In this document: piece by piece, positions 54,549-64,000 of the stretch
Position numbering within the stretch: position 1 is the stretch's first letter
Layout of the letters: every line of letters begins with the position of its first letter
Assembly (NCBI RefSeq): GCF_032444005.1
Contig: NC_091288.1
Location: forward strand, 201,872,001 to 201,936,000
Direction: 5' to 3'
DNA: 64,000 nucleotides
DNA from: Ranitomeya imitator
Taxonomy: Eukaryota
Notes under the pieces: generated by a model
What the model was told of the DNA's origin: nothing
Database searches by the model: none
Seen by the model: only the letters and a program-made list of their open reading frames with translations
Made by a program: the position numbers and the translations under genes

Positions 54549-57500
54549 GTGCTGCGGAAAAACAAAATGAAAATATTTCCTGATAGGAAGGAAAACACTG
54601 AGGCCGGAGCTGGAGGCGCCTGTTATATGTACAGGCTTACTGCGCACTGATTGGCTGCTGAGCTGCACCGTTCTGAGCTTCTATTGGCTGACACTGGACA
54701 TAAACCCCGCCTCCTCCCAGCTGAGTCCGGGTGAAGCACCGCTCTCTCCTTGTGCTTCCCTGCCCGGGATAAAAGCCCTTTACCGGCTAACACCGGACAG
54801 CAGAGCGCGCTTCCTCCATCGCCTCTCCTTCTCCAACATCTCCACCGGCCATTTGTAGCCGTCACTAGCAGAGATGCCGGGAAAGAGCGGAGAACAAATC
54901 CCGGGATCATCGCCGCCGTCCTCCCGATCTGCACCTCACTGTGTACCGGGGAGATAAATCTGCTGCGGGAGCTCGTTCCTCCTATTCCCGGCTCTTGTCA
55001 CCATCACAGGGATCTTTACTCCAATGTCTATCGTACAGGGAGCTGATTGTACGATGTGGGGACGAGCTGGAGCTGCTGAGAACCCAGAAGGGTAACACAG
55101 GCGACGGCCTCCGCTGACTGCCCCCTCCCTGACCTGTGATATCACTGTACCCCGTATGTGCAGAGGATTGGGGGGACACGTGTTCCACATCAGTAGATGA
55201 TCCACATCGGTGGCTGAGTGCAATCACCTGCCTGATATCTTGTCTTAGTGGTGGGAAAGAGCTCTGATGAGGCGACAGCTGCACAGTGCGACTCCCCAAC
55301 CAAACACATGAACATCTCAGGGGAGAAAACTGAAATATTAACGGATGTATATGACCCCCACTATTATGCAAAAGGGGAATATTGGGAGAAGAGCGGAGAC
55401 ACAAAATCCAGCGTCTACACAGAGAACACAGCTGTATATAGTATATATAGTGCACAGCATCACATCTGCACAGCCCAGATCAGCAGTGTAATAAGTGCCA
55501 CTGATAATAGAGGAGAGGGTACAGTATATACAGCAGAGTGTACAGTATATAGAGCAGAGTACACAGTATATAGAGCAGAGTGTACAGTATATAGACCAGA
55601 GTGTACAGTATACAGAGCAGTGTGTGCAGTATATACAGCAGAGTGTACAGTATATAGAGCAGTGTATAGTATATACAGCAGTGTACAGTATATAGAGCAG
55701 TGTATAGTATAGTATAGTGCGGTGTGTACAGTATATAGAGCGGTGTGTGCAGTATATACAGCAGAGTACACTGTATGTAGACCAGAGTGTACAGTATATA
55801 CAGCAGAGTACACAGTATATAGACCAGAGTGTACAGTATACAGAGCAGTGTGTGCAGTATATGCAGCAGAGTACACAGTATATAGAGCAGTGTACAGTAT
55901 ATACAGCAGTGTACAGTATTTACAGCAATGTACAGTAAATAGACCAGAGTGTACAGTATATAGAGCAGTGTACAGTAGTGCGGTGTGTGCAGTATATAGA
56001 GCAGAGTATACAGTATATACAGCAGAGTACAGTATATAGAGCAGAGTGCACAGTATAAAGAGCTGTGTGTACAGTATATACAGGAGAGGGTACAGTACAT
56101 AGAGCAGTGTGTACAGTATATAGAGCACTGTACACAGTATATACAGCAGTGTGTACAGTATGTAGAGGAGAGTGTAGAGTATGTACAGCAGTGTGTACAG
56201 TATATAGATCATTGTGTGCATTATATAGAGCAAAGCGTTCAGTATATAGAGCAGTGTGCAGTATAGTGCGGTGTATATAGAGCAGTGTATACAGTATACT
56301 ATTATTATTTTTTTATATAGCACCATTGATTCCATGGTGCTGTACATGAGCGGTGACCTCCCAAAGTGTAGAGGAACAATTCAAGAGTGTGGGGTACTTA
56401 TTTCAGAATTCGGGGGGGGGGGGGGGGTTAACGGCCCGGGGGGGGGGCATTTTTTTGAGGGGCATTACTTGTGGGCAAGGTCAATTTGGGGGGTCACAGC
56501 TCAACCCGGTTTTGGGCTATCAACCCCAAATTTTCAGGGTGTGTAGAGTACCCCTAGCGAACCAATAGTGTAAAAAATTGAGGGTGGCACTTTGAGGGCA
56601 CCCCAAAACTAATGCCCCCCCACCCCCAAAAAAAAAAAAAAAAAAAAATGCCCCCCTCCCATTAACCTAAAAATTCTGAAAAAAAAATAGCCCAACTAAT
56701 GAATTGTTCCTCTACACACTATGAAAATTTGACGTCGATAGCCCCAATCTGGGCTGAGCAGTTACCCCCCAAAGCTGCCCTGCCCATTGAAGCCTATCGC
56801 GCGCAGGGTCACTGCCCAGCCTGGTTTGTGCCTACCGACCCCACATTTTCAGGGTGTGTAGAGGAACAATTCAAGAGTGTCGGGTAATTTGTTCAGAAGT
56901 TTGGGGGTCGGGAAGGGGGGCATATTTTTGGGGTGATCTCAAAATGCCCCCCACATTTTTGCAGCACTGGTCCACTAGAGCTATGGGTACGCTACACACC
57001 CTGAAAATGTGTGGTTGATAGCCACAAACAGGGCTGAGCAGAGACTCCCCAAAGTGACCCTGCCCATTGAAGTCTATGGTGCGCAAGGTCACTGCTCAGC
57101 CCGATTTGGGTCTGTCGACCACAAATTCTCAGGGTGTGTAGAGGAACACTTTAAGAGTGTGTGGTAATTTTTTTCAGAATGTTTTGGGTCAACCGGGGCA
57201 TTTTTTGGTGGGGCACAACGTTTGGGTTGCCCTCAAAAGCCCCCCAAAGTTTTACACCACACCTCCTTTGCTACATATCGAAGTATTGGCAATGCTGATG
57301 AGTATACTGGACCCCGCGATCACTTGGCTGGATGTGGGAATGTGCAGAGGAAAAATGAGGATAATGAACGGGATTACAGCAGCACCCCACATGCGGATGG
57401 TGGTGCCGAGAAAATCTAGTACATCAGCCTCATTCTGGAGAGGTGCTGACATGAAGGATTGATCAGCTCTCCGTGAGAGAGAGCGAGAAAGAAAGAGAGA

Positions 57501-58703
57501 GAGAAAGCCTGATGTGACGCTACCGGGTCTCGGGTGGGGGAAGTCGCCGGTTCTGTAAAGCGAGTGTGTAGTGGGGGTCAGCACACACACGGCGACTAAG
57601 GAGTTAAATGGAGGCGGATATTCCTGTATCTGGGATTGGTCGGCGCCTGCGGATGTCTCTCGCTCATTGGCTGATTACAGATCCGTTGATGGTTTTGAAT
57701 TTCCCGCTCAATATCTGTTCTTTGTCCGTCGGATTATTACCGGCCCCTCTGCTGGAGCGGCGATCGCCGATAATACCGGGTCCTGTCCTCCCAGCTGTCT
57801 GCCCCCAAACACGGGGATCGGTTTGCTTATCGGTTGCCATTAATATTCTGGGGAGGTTATAATAGTCTTCAGAGGCGCCTTCCATCCGAAACATTAGTGT
57901 CCAGGACGTGGTCATCACATAGGAGTCTCCGTACCCGGTACACAGGGCGTCCGTCTATCCAGCTGCCTCAGACAGCCACATTCCCTGTGAATATTCGCTG
58001 CCCCCTGTTCAGTATAACATCAAGTAGCAGAATCAACACATTCATCTCACGGCAGGACTGTAGTAACCGCATCACTCCGGGGTTTGTACTGTGTGCATAG
58101 AGGGGCCTCCGGGAGGCAGTGTGCGGATATATCCCCCATAAATCTGTGAGGTTTGAGATCAATAAGAAGAAACCGCATCACCCGAAGTTTGCGGTGCCGG
58201 CTCTAGTATGGAAAGACGGGGAGGAAAATAAGAGGGGAGAGTAGAGAAGACACGTCCCAGGCTGTGACCGATACTACAGGCAGCCGCACGGGGGATATTG
58301 TGCCCTGCAGAGACGCTGCGCCCGATACTAATCAGCGCCCAATAAAAGCAGGATCTTAGGACAACATCTTAACAGATTTAGAAAACGCCGGGAGTTGCTC
58401 CGTTATTAGAGCTGTAGAGGGATCTGCTTGGGAAAACCAGGTTAGTCTTTCTAGGTCAAAATATTGGAAAAGACCCTAGTCCCAGATCACACACTGCGGG
58501 CACATCCCAGAATCTGGATAATGCGGTTTCATTCCTTCGACCGGGAACCCACAGCATTAGTGGCTCAGTAAAGGTTCTAAACGATATATTAACTTTATAA
58601 CCACCAGGAACCAGAGCGCAGGAATAGGAAGGTGCAGCCTCTCACTGAGATGTGGGTGGCTCTGAAAAGAGCCTTTGGGTTGTGAAGACAGAAGAGAACA
58701 CAA

Positions 58704-59024
<321 letters not shown>

Positions 59025-61751
59025 TCAGTGAGCAAAAACTGATTCCTGGACAGCACGGACTGCTCCTTTATATGGAGGAAGAATGGACCAGAGAGAGAAC
59101 TGCAGAGATGACGCACTTCCGGGACGGGTCTTCCAGAATCTACATTTGCCCCTCCCTTCCTCTGCTGATTGGCTGACCACAGAACTGTTGGGACGTTTGA
59201 GTTTCCCGCTCATTGGTCATATTCTGCAATTATCTTCCCAGCTTGTATTTTATGCAATTTCTTTCCCTTGTGACTAAAGATATCCCACATATTTTCATCA
59301 CCGTTCCAGATCATCGTGGTTCATACCATCCACAATGTATGATGCCCCCACTTATCCCGCACACAGTATGCTGCCCCCAAAGTTATCCTCCACATAGTAT
59401 GATGCCCCCTACACAGCAAGATAACCACACAGTAGGATGCCCCCACAGTTACTGTTTAAGGGTATGATATCCCCAGTTACTCCGAAAACAGTATGATGCC
59501 CTAAGTTACCCCCCCCCCCCCCCCCCCAACACACACACACACACACACACACACAGGAAATATGCTGCACCCACAGTTACACCCTATACAATGTGATACC
59601 CCCAGAGCGACCCATCCTCAGTGTAATGTAATGATTAACAATTGTTCATGTTATGGTGAAAGTCTTCCATTAATGGAGATTTGGAAGGGTGAAAGAAGCA
59701 AGAGAAATTAGAAGAGATATTTCATCAGATCAACATCTGGTGATGAAATGTTCATTTTTGCCATTACCTCATGTACAAATCACAAACCAGAGAGACACAT
59801 TTTTATGCAGTTTTTTATATATCATGTTATGCTTTAGTAATGCAAAATCACATGACTGGGCCTTTAATTGTAAAGTACAAATTATTAGGGGTTTTTTTGC
59901 TTCTTTTTCATTGTTTGTCTTAATGTGAAAACTGTACTGGCAGCAAAAGGGTTAAAAAACCAGTGTAACAGAAAAATGATCCCTACTACATTGCCCTCTA
60001 TAGTGCCAGAGGCATTTACTCTCTTACAACCAGGACTTACTTCTTAGGCGTTAGGGCAGTGAACCCATTAAATGCTGCAGGTCAGTTACTGAGTAGCTGT
60101 ATGATGGCTCCTGGGTCCCAGTAGGGCACTGTATGAAATACCAGGTCGGATCCACTGCCAATTACAGCACAAAGCCATTTTTGGCAGTGAAATCTGAGTA
60201 AGAAAAGTCCCTTCAACATCCACACCAGTAGCAATATGCATCGTGCATCCCCCCATAAAGTGGTTTTGACGTCCTGCAGCAGTGACAGGGGAGTCTAGCG
60301 AAGATAATCGCTGTTTTTCGGCAAGGAACATTCCATGTTATCCAAATCAATTTTCTTTATGACCCCAGTGGCCCATTCTGGTGGGCGCTCCTGCCGGCCC
60401 CAACAACGTCCCCGTCTGCCATTTGCGTTTCTTTTATCGTGTGCTCCAGCCAGTCTCTTCCATGCTGTTCGGAGGGATCAGTGTCCCCATTGCAGTTTGG
60501 GCTACACAGCGAGAAGGATTTCACAAGCCTTTAATGCCACTGGCCGGTCACAGTCACACAGACAAGTCAATAAGGCCGGAAAAAGCCCGACTCTTTCACA
60601 TGTAACCAGAGCGTCGGAGATGGAACCTGAGCTTCTGCTAGATGGCAGCCCTATAGTGTAAGGGCACGTTAGGGACGGCCCCATCTCCAATATTTGTGAC
60701 ATATACACATATAGGAATCCTTAGCCAAACAGTAAACACCTTTACCAAAGTCACGGTTTGTTTCGAAGTCCGACAGCCGAGCAGGTGCGTTTGGAGGTCT
60801 GGCAGCAGGGCAGCGCATTTCGAGATCCAACAGCTGTGGAGGTGCGTTTCAAGATCCGACAGCCAACGAAGAGTATTTCGATGTCCGACAGCCGGGTAGA
60901 TGTGCTTCGAGGTCCAGCAGCCGCGGCGGAGTGATTCGAGGTCCTGTCACGTAGATATATATCCAGTTAGTGCAGTGTACGGGGGAACACAGGTGTTGGT
61001 TCTGCCCCGTATATATATATTTACAGTGTATACATTGTTTGCGGTGTATAGGGAACACAGCGCTACCGGGGCCTGGGGTGAAGGTGCCGCATCTTTGGAT
61101 ACTCTGATGAGAGATCAGCTGGAACACGGAAAATAAGAAGTTAAATGGAGGAGACACGTCTGTGTACCTGATGTACGTAGATGTCTCTCCTCCATTTAAC
61201 GTCCTATTTTCAAGGCTGAGCTTTCCCAAGGCTGCCCGCTCATTGTCTTATCACATGATCCTTTGGGGGATTTGAGTTTCCCGCTCATAATCTCTGGAGG
61301 ATTATTACCGGTCACTGCCGATAGCGGAGATCACAATCCGGTCACACCCGGAACAGCGCGGAGTCCTGTCCTCCAGAGCCGCCGCACACGGGATCGTCCT
61401 CCGAGAGAAGGCGCCGTCACTGATGTGGAGGAGAATCACCCGCCCGGTCCCGATACTCCGGGACCTGCTAACTACATGTAGACCTCAGCGCGGAGTATCA
61501 GACACTAATGAGGGGACATTTCCTGCGAGCTTGGCAGACGACACTCCCACCTGAGGGGTCTGAGACTTCATGTGGGATTGACCCATTCATCTCCTATTAT
61601 TCTGTGGATATGTGCACCAACAATGGCGGCAATGGTGTATGTACCATCAGCCTCATGTGAGGACCCCGAGATAGGCGGCGCCGGCTCTTGTGGTGACGGT
61701 GTGGGTGGCTCTTAGAAGAGCCTTTGGTTTTGTAGACATTGGCGGCAGCGC

Positions 61752-64000
<2,249 letters not shown>

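Overview
Eukaryotic (vertebrate, most likely frog) DNA: about three copies of a 20.2-20.9 kb tandem replication-dependent histone gene repeat (periods 20173, 20923 and 20711 bp). Each unit carries H2A, H2B, H4 (two copies), H3.2-type H3 and H1, all on the minus strand, each with a 3' stem-loop. The H2B core is hidden by an identical 285-N run in every copy. Spacers hold a 5'-truncated CR1 fragment, an L2-like 3' tail, foldback MITE-like modules, a TATACTGTACA satellite and two H3 relics. Main unexplained structure: (1) the H1 U7-binding downstream element (HDE) is amplified into a 36-bp minisatellite of about 26-43 copies; (2) an inverted gene-less 'ghost H1' locus keeps the H1-type promoter boxes, an identical AC-box-to-TATA distance and its own HDE array but has no H1 coding sequence; (3) two of three H1 copies carry a frameshift converting the Lys-rich tail end into an Arg-rich tail; (4) five orphan copies per unit of the H4-type E2F/CCAAT promoter module. 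All alignments were done by eye; no database searches were run, and the taxon is inferred from histone sequences and repeat types.
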